Source of the DNA: an uncultured bacterium
Lineage (GTDB): Bacteria > Desulfobacterota_D > UBA1144 > Nemesobacterales > UBA2774
Length of the DNA: 64,000 bases
Direction of reading: 5' to 3'
Assembly (NCBI GenBank): GCA_963825135.1
Contig: CAWGRW010000009.1
Coordinates: forward strand, 2,091,301 to 2,155,300
The notes under the pieces were generated by a model. That model saw only the letters and a list, made by a program, of their open reading frames with translations. It was not told the DNA's origin and did no database searches. This document shows, in pieces, positions 54,326-63,937 of this stretch. The position numbers and the translations under genes were made by a program. How positions within the stretch are numbered: position 1 is the stretch's first letter; every line of letters begins with the position of its first letter.

Positions 54326-54402
54326 CTTCGTACCTTACGAAAGAGCGACTACCCTATATCATTATTGAATTCGGGGTATTATGAATGCGGCTGGGCTTTG
54401 CC

Positions 54403-54430
54403 TTGTTGTTTTCAGCGGCATGGGTATAAT
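54403..54430 (+). promoter_or_regulatory. Candidate promoter for tRNA-Pro
   Basis: TTGTTG (54403-54408), 16-nt spacer, TATAAT (54425-54430). It lies 14 nt upstream of the tRNA 5' end. Confidence 0.45.
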
Positions 54431-54444
54431 CATTTTTCCTCTGT

Positions 54445-54521
54445 CGGGGTGTAGCGCAGTCTGGTAGCGCGCGGCGCTTGGGACGCCGAGGTCGGAGGTT
54501 CAACCCCTCTCACCCCGACCA
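54445..54521 (+). tRNA. tRNA-Pro (anticodon UGG), CCA encoded
   Basis: Hand-folded cloverleaf. Acceptor CGGGGTG/CACCCCG, D stem GCGC/GCGC, anticodon stem CGGCG/CGCCG with loop CTTGGGA. T stem GGAGG/CCTCT with loop TTCAACC, discriminator A, CCA. Confidence 0.9.
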
Positions 54522-54546
54522 CTTTTCATATACCCCCTCGAACTCT

Positions 54547-55983
54547 TCATTGCTTTCTAAGCGAGACCGGCGGGAAATAAAGTCCTACGAGCTGTCGGTT
54601 CCAGATAGCGCCGGTCCGGCTCCGTTCCTCCGGAGTAGTGAAATGATATTCGTATAATAACGCGCGAACATACCTCGGCGGCTTATCTGGAAAGGGGTTA
54701 AACCGAAGAAGTCCCAGGACGGCCTTATCACCCTCTAAAAGTTTTTCCAAAAAACTTATGAACCACGGATGCTGGCTCGGTGTAGAGAGCGCGGCAAACC
54801 ACATCAGCCAGTCAAGCCGCAGGTGATAGGGCGCGATCTGCGGCGGCGTGCGGTTCACATCCCCGGGTTTTCCGATAAATTCATATTCGCGCCAACGTGT
54901 AGCATCCGTAAGCGCAGGCTCATCGGTCCCCTCAACAATCACTTCATAGCGCGGCCGTGTGATGGACCCGAAGGCGCCGTAAGTATTCACCAGGTGGAGC
55001 GGCTCGAAAGAAGCGTTCATTAACTGGTTTGGGGATATCATGTTGCTTACAGTAAAAAAACTTAATCCCGCTACAAGTATTGTAAGACATATTGTGGCTG
55101 ACAGATAAAGACGGCCGGGCTTGATAAGCTCGGGTGGGTGAATTGGAATAACGTGCTTCAACCATGAGTCGCTAATGGTGCTCAAAGCCAGAACCATCGT
55201 GAGTAGCCCCAGGAATGAAAAGTTCCCGCTGACAAAGAGCCACGAATGAAAGAATATGGTTATCAACCCTGCAACGGCGCTTATTTGAAAAGGCGCAAAA
55301 TAAGCAAATGGGACGACTAGCTCGGCGAAGTGATTAAAGAGCACTCCTGTTTTGTGGATCCATCCCGGCAGCCAGTGGAAATACCAGCTAAGGGCATTCG
55401 GCATCGGTTGGGTTTCATAGTGGTACTGGAGGCAGGTTAAATCACGCCAGCAGGCGTCGCCCCGAATTTTTATCAGTCCCGCGCCGAACATCAGCCGGAA
55501 GAGCAGCCAATTGAAAAGAAGGATTACAAGAAACGACGGTGTGGTTCTTTCGGAGCCCAGAAAAATCGCAAGAAATCCGGCTTCCAAAAGCAGTGTCTCC
55601 CAGCCGAATGCATAAAACGTTTGACCCACGTTTACAAAAGAGAGGTAAATCAGCCAGAGTGCGCCCCAGGTTCCCGCGGAGATAAAATTGCCGAATTTTT
55701 CCGAGAATCCCGAAAGGGCAAACAGAGAAAGCGAAATGCCGACCCATCCGAACAAATCAAAAGCGAAATTAGTCGGGAGCCAGAAGAAGATGCTCGGCGA
55801 ATCGATGAAACGCACCTGTTTTACGAATTCCGGAACCGGAAGAAGGCCGTGTTCCCCCAAAAGCGGCTTGAACTGATGAATGACGGCTATAAAAGCGATT
55901 AGATAAACAAATGCCAGGCCCCGCTGAAGGACAAGTCTTGTCAGCCAGTAATTATCTCTCCATAGAATCGTTTTTAAGTTCAT
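54547..55983 (-). CDS. Lipase-maturation-factor (LMF1/DUF1222)-like polytopic membrane protein
   Basis: 478 aa with many TM helices. N-terminus YWLTRLVLQRGLAFVYLIAFIAVIHQFKPLLGEHGLLP, and a conserved C-terminal soluble part (LVNTYGAFGSITRPRYEVIVEGT...W.EYEF..KPGD). Recognised from memory only. Confidence 0.55.
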   Translation of the reverse strand: MNLKTILWRDNYWLTRLVLQRGLAFVYLIAFIAVIHQFKPLLGEHGLLPVPEFVKQVRFIDSPSIFFWLPTNFAFDLFGWVGISLSLFALSGFSEKFGNFISAGTWGALWLIYLSFVNVGQTFYAFGWETLLLEAGFLAIFLGSERTTPSFLVILLFNWLLFRLMFGAGLIKIRGDACWRDLTCLQYHYETQPMPNALSWYFHWLPGWIHKTGVLFNHFAELVVPFAYFAPFQISAVAGLITIFFHSWLFVSGNFSFLGLLTMVLALSTISDSWLKHVIPIHPPELIKPGRLYLSATICLTILVAGLSFFTVSNMISPNQLMNASFEPLHLVNTYGAFGSITRPRYEVIVEGTDEPALTDATRWREYEFIGKPGDVNRTPPQIAPYHLRLDWLMWFAALSTPSQHPWFISFLEKLLEGDKAVLGLLRFNPFPDKPPRYVRALLYEYHFTTPEERSRTGAIWNRQLVGLYFPPVSLRKQ

Positions 55984-56225
55984 ATCGTTTTGTGATCACA
56001 TTCAGGACCGGAGACCGATTCCCTGCGGCAGATGCCGCAAGCGCTGTCATAATAGATCGTTATTGGGTAATTCGGTCCCTTATCCATTTCTAAATTATAA
56101 TAGGGGCTGTCCCGGATAACTAGTCCAAATAACCTTTAACCCATTGTCTGAGTTGCTTTAATTGCGATTGGGGATCAGGGTTATGAACTGCTCCCCTTCA
56201 TATTCCGCGAAGACCCCCCTATCCC

Positions 56226-56254
56226 TTGACAACCGAAAGCGATTTGCATTATAT
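56226..56254 (+). promoter_or_regulatory. Candidate sigma-70 promoter for the lipoprotein gene at 56336
   Basis: TTGACA (56226-56231), 17-nt spacer, TTATAT (56249-56254); alternatively an 18-nt spacer with TATATT. Confidence 0.45.
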
Positions 56255-56335
56255 TGGGGGAGTGGGTCGTCGCGTCGTATTGAGATATTCTGCTTTTCGC
56301 ATTGAGACCGAAAACGGTTTTTCAGATACCATGGC

Positions 56336-57061
56336 ATGACCATTAGAGCAACACACCTTTTAGTATCTCTCATTGCTCCCGTTATTTTTGTGCTCGGCTG
56401 TTCGTCCACGAAATATGTGCGTATTGAAAATCCGTCGGAGAGGATAGTCAACGGCTGCATATCCATGCTCCCGCCCGCTCGGGGGGAGTGGTACGTGGAT
56501 AAGCACTGGACCGAGATACTGTACGGTCCCGAGCCTTGCGAGGACCGGCTGAGGCTCGCGAGCGGGGGAGGGCACGATCTCTACTATATCTATATCACGA
56601 CCGGGCTCAGGGAATGGAGCGATAAGCTCGACGATGAATATCTGTTGAAATGGGTCAGAAATTATCACGACAGGCAGTTAATAAAGAATAAAGAGCTCGG
56701 GGCGGAGGACATAGAATACGAATCCGGCACATGCAAACTGGCCGGGGCGGTCTGTGCGGAGGCGAGCTACGATTTCGTATCTTCCAAGCGCCTCCAGTTC
56801 AAGGCGGGCGGGCCCACTACGACGTTCAGGGACAAGGAGCTCAATCCGAGCGATAAGTACTTTTATGAAGTGGTTGAGTTCTACGTGTTCGAAGGTCCGT
56901 ACGACAAACTCGAAAAGGACAGGAACGCCTTTTATTATGAAGTCACGTTTCTGCATGTATCCGTGGATAAGATTAAGGACCCTGAGCTTAGGGAGAAGGC
57001 CTTCAAGGTCCTCGAAAATATAGAATTCAACCAGGATTGGGATAAGGAAGCTAATCGCTGA
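56336..57061 (+). CDS. Hypothetical lipoprotein
   Basis: Lipobox VIFVLGCSS. No recognised family. Confidence 0.5.
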   Translation: MTIRATHLLVSLIAPVIFVLGCSSTKYVRIENPSERIVNGCISMLPPARGEWYVDKHWTEILYGPEPCEDRLRLASGGGHDLYYIYITTGLREWSDKLDDEYLLKWVRNYHDRQLIKNKELGAEDIEYESGTCKLAGAVCAEASYDFVSSKRLQFKAGGPTTTFRDKELNPSDKYFYEVVEFYVFEGPYDKLEKDRNAFYYEVTFLHVSVDKIKDPELREKAFKVLENIEFNQDWDKEANR

Positions 57062-57309
57062 GAAGAATCGAAAGACGAATTGTATCAGGCGGCCTGAAAC
57101 ACATAGTTGAATCCTCCCATAAACGAAAAAGAAGCGCACATAGTCCCATTTTAAACCCTCTGTAAGTTTTTCGGACAGATGACGCTGGCTCTCATCGTAA
57201 ATAACTGAGTAATATCAAATAGATGCTTTCGCTCGTTCCGTGGTACGATGATTGCACCTATTATCAGTAGCCGGAGGTCTGAGAATATGACCGGGGTCGG
57301 AGAAGCGCG

Positions 57310-59073
57310 ATGACTATTAAAATCAGTGACGATATAGACAGGGAAGCGGACGTGCCCAACGCGCTTTCGGGAGTGGACAAGATGGTCCATTCCACCATAA
57401 GCCGTTTTACGCTCGGCGTATCGCCCGCGGCGCTAATGCTCGCCTACCTCGACTGGCTCGTGCATCTGGGGATATCGCCGGCGAAGCAGCTCGAGCTAGT
57501 GCAGAAAGCGCTCAGAAAGGCCGTAAGGTTCTATGTTTATACCTCCAAGTGTGCGTCTCATTCGGGAGCGCAGCCCTGTATCGAACCTCTGCCCCAGGAC
57601 AGGCGGTTCAGCGGCGAGGGGTGGCGGCATATGCCGTTTAACCTGATGTACCAGTCGTTCCTCCTGACACAGCAGTGGCTCCACAATGCGACTACGGGGG
57701 TTGCCGGGGTTAGCCGTCATCATGAGGACGTCGTCTCGTTCGTCACCCGCCAGATACTTGATATATTCGCGCCCTCGAACTTCATACTGACGAATCCCGA
57801 AATACTCAGAAAGACGATCGAGTCCGGGGGCAATAACCTCTACAGGGGTTGGCTCAACCTGCTTGAGGACTGGGAACGGTCCGTGATCGGCAAAAAGCCG
57901 GTCGGGATGGAGGAATTCGAAGTCGGGAAAACCGTTGCCGTCACGCCCGGCAAGGTGATCTACAGGAATCGTCTTATAGAGCTTATACAGTACGAGCCCT
58001 CTACAAAGAGCGTCTACGCGGAGCCTGTACTTATCATCCCCGCCTGGATTATGAAATACTATATTCTCGACCTCTCCCCGCATAATTCTCTTGTCGGATA
58101 CCTCGTCGATAAAGGACACACGGTTTTCATGATATCCTGGAAAAACCCGGGGCCTGAAGACAGGGACGCGGGCATGGAGGACTACCTGGATCTCGGTATA
58201 ATGGAGGCACTCAGGGCCGTGTCCGTAATTATGCCCGGGAGAAAAATCCACGCCCTCGGTTATTGTCTCGGCGGGACGCTCCTCGCGGTCGCCGCCTCGG
58301 CTATGGCCCGGGACGGAGACGGCCGTCTCGGGAGCATGACCCTGCTCGCCGCCCAGACGGACTTCCATGAGGCCGGGGAACTCATGCTTTTCATCGACGA
58401 GAGCCAGCTCGCGTTTCTCGAGGATATGATGTGGGACCAGGGTTATCTGGACACGAAGCAGATGGCGGGGGCCTTTCAGATGCTCCGGTCAAACGACCTC
58501 ATCTGGTCGCGCATGGTGCACGATTACCTGCTGGGAGAGCGCGAGCCGATGTTCGACCTGATGGCCTGGAACGCGGACGCGACGAGGATGCCGTACCGCA
58601 TGCATTCGGAGTATCTCACGAGCCTGTTCCTCAATAACGACCTTGCCGAAGGGCGGTACCTCGTAAAAGACAGGCCCGTATCGCTCACGGACATAAGGGT
58701 CCCGGTGTTCGTGGTGTCTACGGAGAGGGACCACGTGGCTCCATGGCGCTCCGTTTACAAGATCCACCTGCTCACCGACACGGAGGTTACGTTCGTGCTC
58801 ACGAGCGGCGGCCATAACGCCGGCATAGTGAGCGAGCCCGGACATCCCGGCAGGAGCTACCGCATAGGGACGAGGAAAGAGAGGGATACGTACATCGACC
58901 CAGAGAGCTGGACCGCGAGAACGCCCGGGAAGGAAGGCTCGTGGTGGGAAGCCTGGGAAGCCTGGCTGAGGAAGCGCTCGGGAAATAAAGCCAAGCCGCC
59001 TCGCATGGGGGCTTCGAGGAAGGGGTACGCGCCTCTCGAAGACGCGCCCGGCCTTTACGTGATTCGGGAATAG
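57310..59073 (+). CDS. phaC: Class I poly(R)-hydroxyalkanoate synthase
   Basis: Lipase-box variant GYCLGGTLL with catalytic Cys. N-terminal PhaC_N region (NPE.L....ESGG.NL..G). C-terminal D and H region (..RDH..PW...GGHNAG). Confidence 0.9.
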   Translation: MTIKISDDIDREADVPNALSGVDKMVHSTISRFTLGVSPAALMLAYLDWLVHLGISPAKQLELVQKALRKAVRFYVYTSKCASHSGAQPCIEPLPQDRRFSGEGWRHMPFNLMYQSFLLTQQWLHNATTGVAGVSRHHEDVVSFVTRQILDIFAPSNFILTNPEILRKTIESGGNNLYRGWLNLLEDWERSVIGKKPVGMEEFEVGKTVAVTPGKVIYRNRLIELIQYEPSTKSVYAEPVLIIPAWIMKYYILDLSPHNSLVGYLVDKGHTVFMISWKNPGPEDRDAGMEDYLDLGIMEALRAVSVIMPGRKIHALGYCLGGTLLAVAASAMARDGDGRLGSMTLLAAQTDFHEAGELMLFIDESQLAFLEDMMWDQGYLDTKQMAGAFQMLRSNDLIWSRMVHDYLLGEREPMFDLMAWNADATRMPYRMHSEYLTSLFLNNDLAEGRYLVKDRPVSLTDIRVPVFVVSTERDHVAPWRSVYKIHLLTDTEVTFVLTSGGHNAGIVSEPGHPGRSYRIGTRKERDTYIDPESWTARTPGKEGSWWEAWEAWLRKRSGNKAKPPRMGASRKGYAPLEDAPGLYVIRE

Positions 59074-59139
59074 CGGGCGCACACGGCGCGGCGCTTGTAG
59101 CTGTACCCCTGCTAATTACAATATAATAGAGGTGAATAT

Positions 59140-59688
59140 ATGAAGATTGAGCTCATAGGAAAGGGAATCGAGATATCGGAAGACATAAGAAGCGTCACGG
59201 AACACGGCCTCTCAAAAATGGAACGGCATTTGAAGGAGATGGGGGAGGGCGAGGTCGAGGCAGTCGTCACCTTCACCGTGGAGAAACACAGGGAGAGGCA
59301 CCGGGTCGACATAGACCTCTATCTCAAGACTCCGGGTGGAGGGGCGCTCCACGCGTGGGAGGAGTCGAAGGATACGTTCATGTCGCTCGAATTCACGCTC
59401 GACGACATCGACAAGCAGCTCAACCGTCTCAAGGAGAGGCGGATCGAGATAAGGAAGGACATCGCGCGGGAGAAAGCGAAGCGGAGGAGCGAAGAGCCCC
59501 CGGTACGCGAGGCTGGGCTGATATCGGAGGAAAGACTCTCCATCGAGAAGCCGCTGTCGCCCGAGGAGGCGCTTATGGTGCTTGAGGACGAGGACAGGTT
59601 CTTTCTCGTCTTCAGGAACGGGGACACCGGCGACTTAAACGTAATCTACAGAAAGAAGTCGGGGAAATACGGGCTTATAACGCCTTAG
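59140..59688 (+). CDS. hpf: Ribosome hibernation promoting factor, long form
   Basis: The N-terminal YfiA/HPF fold begins MKIELIGKGIEISEDIR. C-terminal dimerisation domain is PLSPEEALMVLEDEDRFFLVFRNGDTGDLNVIYRKKSGKYGLI. Confidence 0.85.
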   Translation: MKIELIGKGIEISEDIRSVTEHGLSKMERHLKEMGEGEVEAVVTFTVEKHRERHRVDIDLYLKTPGGGALHAWEESKDTFMSLEFTLDDIDKQLNRLKERRIEIRKDIAREKAKRRSEEPPVREAGLISEERLSIEKPLSPEEALMVLEDEDRFFLVFRNGDTGDLNVIYRKKSGKYGLITP

Positions 59689-59739
59689 ATTCAATCTTGT
59701 GTAAAATAGGACGCAAATTTTTTTAACGAGAAGTGTCCG

Positions 59740-61185
59740 GTGAATGACAGGATGGAGCTAAAGAAGATTCACGATTACCTCTGGGAGATTCCGCGGACGG
59801 GCGGGATGCTCGTCCCCGGACGGATCTACGCGACCGAGAAGATGCTCGACGCCATAAGGGAGGAAAAAGCCCTCGATCAGGTGATGAACGTCGCCTATCT
59901 CCCCGGCATCCAGAAATACTCCATAGCCATGCCGGACATCCACTGGGGGTACGGATTCCCGATCGGGGGTGTAGCCGCGTTCGATGCCGAGAGCGGAGTG
60001 ATATCGCCCGGGGGCGTGGGTTACGATATAAACTGCGGCGTCAGGCTCATGAGGACGAGCCTCACGGAAGAGGAAGTGAGGCCCCAGCTGAGAGACCTCG
60101 TCACCGAGGTATTCCGCCGCGTACCCTGCGGGTTGGGCGCGGGCGGCAAGATAAAGCTTTCCCGTGAGGATTATAAACATATAATATCGAAGGGTATTAA
60201 CTGGGCGATAGGTAAAGGGTACGGAGAGAAAGAGGACGCCGAGAGGGTGGAAGATTACGGCACTTTCCCGGGGGGAGACCCCGATGCCGTGAGCGAGAGG
60301 GCCTACGAGAGGGGGAGGGACGAGATCGGCACGCTCGGCTCCGGGAACCACTTCCTCGAGATCGACGTTGTGGAGGAGGTCTTTAACCCGTCCGTCGCCA
60401 ACTCCTTCGGCCTTTTCAAGGGCCAGGTATGCGTGCTCATTCACTGCGGGTCGAGGGGATTCGGCCATCAGATCTGCACCGATTACATAGACGTCATGCT
60501 CTCCTACATGAGGAAGAAGAACCTCGACCTCCCCGACAAGCAGCTCGCGTGCGCCCATATTACGTCCGAGGAGGGGCGAAGGTACCTCTCCGCGTTCGCG
60601 GCGGCGGTAAATTACGCCTGGGTGAACAGGCAGGTCATTATGTCGTTCGTCAGGGATGCCTTCCACTCCGTCTTCCGTATAGGGCCGCGGGACCTGGGCG
60701 GAAGCCTCGTCTACGACGTGAGCCACAATATAGCCAAGTTCGAAACGCACAGGGTAAACGGGGAACGTAAGAAGGTATGCGTCCACAGGAAGGGCGCGAC
60801 CAGGGCATTTCCCAAGGGGCACCCCCTGATACCCGACATATACAAGGACGTGGGTCATCCGGTGCTTATACCCGGGGATATGGGCAGGGCGTCCTATGTG
60901 CTCGTGGGTACCGAGGCTGCCCTCGACGAAACGTTCGGCTCATGCTGTCACGGGGCCGGGCGCGTGATGTCCAGGACGAAGGCCATGAAGATCGGCAGGG
61001 GTAGGGACATTATTTCCGAGCTCGGGGAGAAGGGGATTGTTGTAATGGCCAAAGGCAGAAAAACTGTATTCGAGGAGATGCCCGAAGCCTACAAGCTGAT
61101 AGACGACGTCGTCGACGTGGTCCACAACGCCGGCATCGCGAACAAGGTCGCGCGCCTGAGACCTATCGGCGTGGTGAAGGGGTGA
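59740..61185 (+). CDS. rtcB: RNA-splicing ligase RtcB
   Basis: MPDIHWGYGFPIGGV, GGVGYDINCGVR, GTLGSGNHFLE, HCGSRGFGHQ, ISHN-type motif (VSHNIAKFE), CHGAGR. Confidence 0.95.
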   Translation: MNDRMELKKIHDYLWEIPRTGGMLVPGRIYATEKMLDAIREEKALDQVMNVAYLPGIQKYSIAMPDIHWGYGFPIGGVAAFDAESGVISPGGVGYDINCGVRLMRTSLTEEEVRPQLRDLVTEVFRRVPCGLGAGGKIKLSREDYKHIISKGINWAIGKGYGEKEDAERVEDYGTFPGGDPDAVSERAYERGRDEIGTLGSGNHFLEIDVVEEVFNPSVANSFGLFKGQVCVLIHCGSRGFGHQICTDYIDVMLSYMRKKNLDLPDKQLACAHITSEEGRRYLSAFAAAVNYAWVNRQVIMSFVRDAFHSVFRIGPRDLGGSLVYDVSHNIAKFETHRVNGERKKVCVHRKGATRAFPKGHPLIPDIYKDVGHPVLIPGDMGRASYVLVGTEAALDETFGSCCHGAGRVMSRTKAMKIGRGRDIISELGEKGIVVMAKGRKTVFEEMPEAYKLIDDVVDVVHNAGIANKVARLRPIGVVKG

Positions 61186-61272
61186 GAGATATTACAGGCC
61201 GCTGTCCGAATAGAGGCCAGCCGCAAGATAGTTTCTGAATTCCCGTTCTGTGCTTTCCCTGATGCTTTAAAT

Positions 61273-61773
61273 TCACTCCCCCAGGCCCTTTCCCTCGGCC
61301 TCCCTGTCGCCGAGAGGCATTTCTTCCTGAACGGGCGCCTGGTCTTGGAGAGGGTATTCCTCTCCGGCCGGGCCCGGAGGCAACACTTCAGACGCCTGCC
61401 CGGCCGTCTCCGAGTCCGCGCCCACTTCTTCAGAGGCCTGATCATCCGTCTCCGAGTCCTGGTCGATTGATTCGGTCGGCGCGATATCCGACCCGACCTC
61501 TTCCGAGGCCTGCGCCGTCTCCGAATCGCATTCCTCCGAGGCCTGATCGTCCGTCTCCGAATCGGCCCCGATTTCCTCCGAGGCCTGGTCATCCGTCTCC
61601 GATACCTGATCGAGCTGCTCAGGCTCGGGGTCTATCTGAACCAGAGCTCTTTCATCCGATGCCCCGGCGGGTTTCGCGTCTCCGATGGCGATGCCAAACG
61701 CCGGATATGTAAATAGGACGGCGAACGCGGCCAGTAATGCGCAGGTTACGCTTTTTCGCAATATTTTTCTCAT
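61273..61773 (-). CDS. Exported highly acidic repeat protein
   Basis: GGGGAG RBS and a signal peptide. Repeats of SETDDQASEE[IV]GAD cover roughly 61368-61602. Confidence 0.6.
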   Translation of the reverse strand: MRKILRKSVTCALLAAFAVLFTYPAFGIAIGDAKPAGASDERALVQIDPEPEQLDQVSETDDQASEEIGADSETDDQASEECDSETAQASEEVGSDIAPTESIDQDSETDDQASEEVGADSETAGQASEVLPPGPAGEEYPLQDQAPVQEEMPLGDREAEGKGLGE

Positions 61774-61923
61774 AATATCTCCCCGTTACTTTCTATCTTA
61801 ACAATTCCTTAACATTGACCTGTATCATTCTAAGGATAGCGCCTGTATGAGCATTAGACAACGGATGAATCGAGACGGCGTTTTGAACAGGGTGATATCA
61901 GCGGGGCGGCCTCACGAGAGGAT

Positions 61924-61952
61924 TTGAAATAACCCGCGCGTTTTTATATAAT
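61924..61952 (+). promoter_or_regulatory. Candidate sigma-70 promoter upstream of ppk2
   Basis: TTGAAA (61924-61929), 17-nt spacer, TATAAT (61947-61952). This implies a leader of about 180 nt before GTG 62141. Confidence 0.5.
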
Positions 61953-62140
61953 ATCTGACGCAGCGAATCCGACCTGCCGAAGTGAAATTAAACCGTGTTT
62001 GCGTATAAATTAGATCATACTCGCCGCCCGCGTTTAAATAAGACAGACGGGGTGTGTTTTATATTTACGATTTTCAATGGTACGTTCATGAAATCTTTCG
62101 GGGCTGGTCTATGTAATGAAAGAAATGGAGGAAGACCCGC

Positions 62141-63028
62141 GTGAAAAAACTTACCGGCGACAGCGTGGAAAAGATCGAATCCCCGTATGAGGGGATAAGC
62201 CTCAAAGATTATTATATCGAGAAGAGGCGCCTTCAGCTCGAGCTGCTTCTCATACAGCAGAGCATAGTGAAGAACGGGGAAAGGTGGTGCGTATGCTTCG
62301 ACGGGCGCGACGCCGCGGGCAAGGGCTCGACAATACTCAGGTTTACGCAGAACCTGATGCCGAAGTACTACCACATAGTGGACCTCGGAGTGCCGACGCC
62401 TAAAGAGTCCAAGTACTGGTTCCACAGGTACGAGCAGCACCTGCCGGTGTTAGGCGAGATCGTGTTTTTCGACCGATCCTGGTATAACCGCGCGCTGATA
62501 GAGCCGACAATGGGGTACTGTTCTCAGAAGCAGTACGAGTATTTCATGGACAAGGTGCTCGACTGGGAGCACGGGATCATAGACGGAGGCCTCAGACTTG
62601 TGAAGTTTTACCTGTCTGTAGATCCCGAGCACCAGCTCTACCGTTTCCAGGAGCGCCTTACGGATCCGCTCAAATTTTGGAAATTCTCCGAAAACGATTA
62701 CAATGCCAGGAAGAAATGGGAGACTTTCACGAAGTACAAGGAACAGATGTTCTCGCATACGGCGTCGGAGAAGTCCCCCTGGATAGTCATTAATTCGAAT
62801 TCGAGGAAGACGTCGAGGCTTACCAGCATGCTTTATCTGGTGAGGATCTACGGCAATAATAAGTTCGTGCCGCTCACGGGAGAGGACGTGACCGAGACGC
62901 ATACGATTGAGATAAACGGAGTCGCTTTCGACGGACTCAACAAACTACAATATTCGGTACTGAAAGAACTGGCCGACGATCAGAATCTCCATGTTCAGGA
63001 CGTACTGACGGGACTGCAAGATGGATGA
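62141..63028 (+). CDS. ppk2: Polyphosphate kinase 2 (single-domain)
   Basis: CFDGRDAAGKGSTI (Walker A), FDRSWYNR, and lid/Walker B region. GGAGGA 8 nt before the GTG. Confidence 0.9.
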   Translation: MKKLTGDSVEKIESPYEGISLKDYYIEKRRLQLELLLIQQSIVKNGERWCVCFDGRDAAGKGSTILRFTQNLMPKYYHIVDLGVPTPKESKYWFHRYEQHLPVLGEIVFFDRSWYNRALIEPTMGYCSQKQYEYFMDKVLDWEHGIIDGGLRLVKFYLSVDPEHQLYRFQERLTDPLKFWKFSENDYNARKKWETFTKYKEQMFSHTASEKSPWIVINSNSRKTSRLTSMLYLVRIYGNNKFVPLTGEDVTETHTIEINGVAFDGLNKLQYSVLKELADDQNLHVQDVLTGLQDG

Positions 63029-63491
63029 AGATATTACATTAGCCAATACACTGAACCTGCCCCGCGTCAGGTCAGCGGGGGGGCTCGTTTATAACGACAA
63101 TTACCACATCCTTCTGATATTCAAGCGCGGTAAGTGGGACCTGCCTAAGGGCCGTTTCGAGATGGGCTCCGACCCGCTTGAGACTGCGCTAAGGGAGATC
63201 AGCGAGGAGACCGGCCTCGACAAGAACAAGCTCACTATTCAGGGGAAGCTCGTGTCCACCTGGCATACGACGAGACACGAGAAGACGAAATACCTGAAAA
63301 AGACCCATTGGTACCTCGTCCACTATCACGGCGAGGATTCGGACGTAGCTCCCCAGTTCAGAGAGGGAATAATAGAGTGCCGCTGGGTGCACCTTCCCGA
63401 TCTCGACAAGTACCGGTCGCTCCTGCTTCCGAGGATAGAGTACGTAATAGATTTCTGGCTCCAGAACCTGGCGTACGCGCCCCGTTTCTGA
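63021..63491 (+). CDS. NUDIX hydrolase
   Basis: Nudix box GKWDLPKGRFEMGSDPLETALREISEETGL. The start overlaps the ppk2 stop by 8 nt. Confidence 0.85.
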   Translation: MDEDITLANTLNLPRVRSAGGLVYNDNYHILLIFKRGKWDLPKGRFEMGSDPLETALREISEETGLDKNKLTIQGKLVSTWHTTRHEKTKYLKKTHWYLVHYHGEDSDVAPQFREGIIECRWVHLPDLDKYRSLLLPRIEYVIDFWLQNLAYAPRF

Positions 63492-63595
63492 CAAACTGCA
63501 GCGATCTGACACGAAAACAGGGTTTGACAAGGTACCTTGAACCGACGGGAACGACAGGCCGGGGGTTTGATGTCCGGAGTATTTATCCGGGCTTA

Positions 63596-63937
63596 TTATT
63601 TTACGAGCTTATTGATCCTTTCTTTATAAGCTGCGTTTACAGTGTCCTCCGGGTCATCGACTATCTCCACCCCCATACTGCCGGAGAGGCTCCCAACGAG
63701 GCGGGTGGACCATTTGACGACGCCTTCTATCCGACTTTCCTGACCCTCTTTTCCCGAATCCCCCTCTTCCTGGAAGGCTATTACTATCCTGGTGCCGGCG
63801 GGGAATATATTACGCGCCTCTATTACGAGACCCTGCTCGGAAATGTTAACGGCGTACCCCATAAACGTCGGGTTCTCTTTACCGAGCCTTATCCTCTTCC
63901 TGAAGTTGAGCCTTCTCGATTTTCTTTTCTCGCCCAA
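63596..63937 (-). CDS. PilZ-domain protein
   Basis: TTG start with GAGGGG RBS. RRLNFRKRIRL (RxxxR) ... GYAVNISEQGLVIE (D/NxSxxG). Confidence 0.65.
   Translation of the reverse strand: MGEKRKSRRLNFRKRIRLGKENPTFMGYAVNISEQGLVIEARNIFPAGTRIVIAFQEEGDSGKEGQESRIEGVVKWSTRLVGSLSGSMGVEIVDDPEDTVNAAYKERINKLVK

Noticed and set aside
56158-56466. 102-aa minus-strand ORF
   Set aside because: It spans a predicted promoter and the 5' end of the plus-strand lipoprotein gene, with no RBS or recognisable features.
57496-58368. 290-aa minus-strand ORF, and a similar one at 58489-59082
   Set aside because: Antisense to phaC, with Arg/Pro/Gly-rich low-information sequence.
59758-60858. 366-aa minus-strand ORF
   Set aside because: Antisense shadow of rtcB, which carries every RtcB signature motif.
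61089-61592. 167-aa extremely Arg-rich ORF
   Set aside because: An alternative frame of the acidic repeat gene on the same strand. It has no RBS or signal. The acidic frame has a good RBS and signal peptide.
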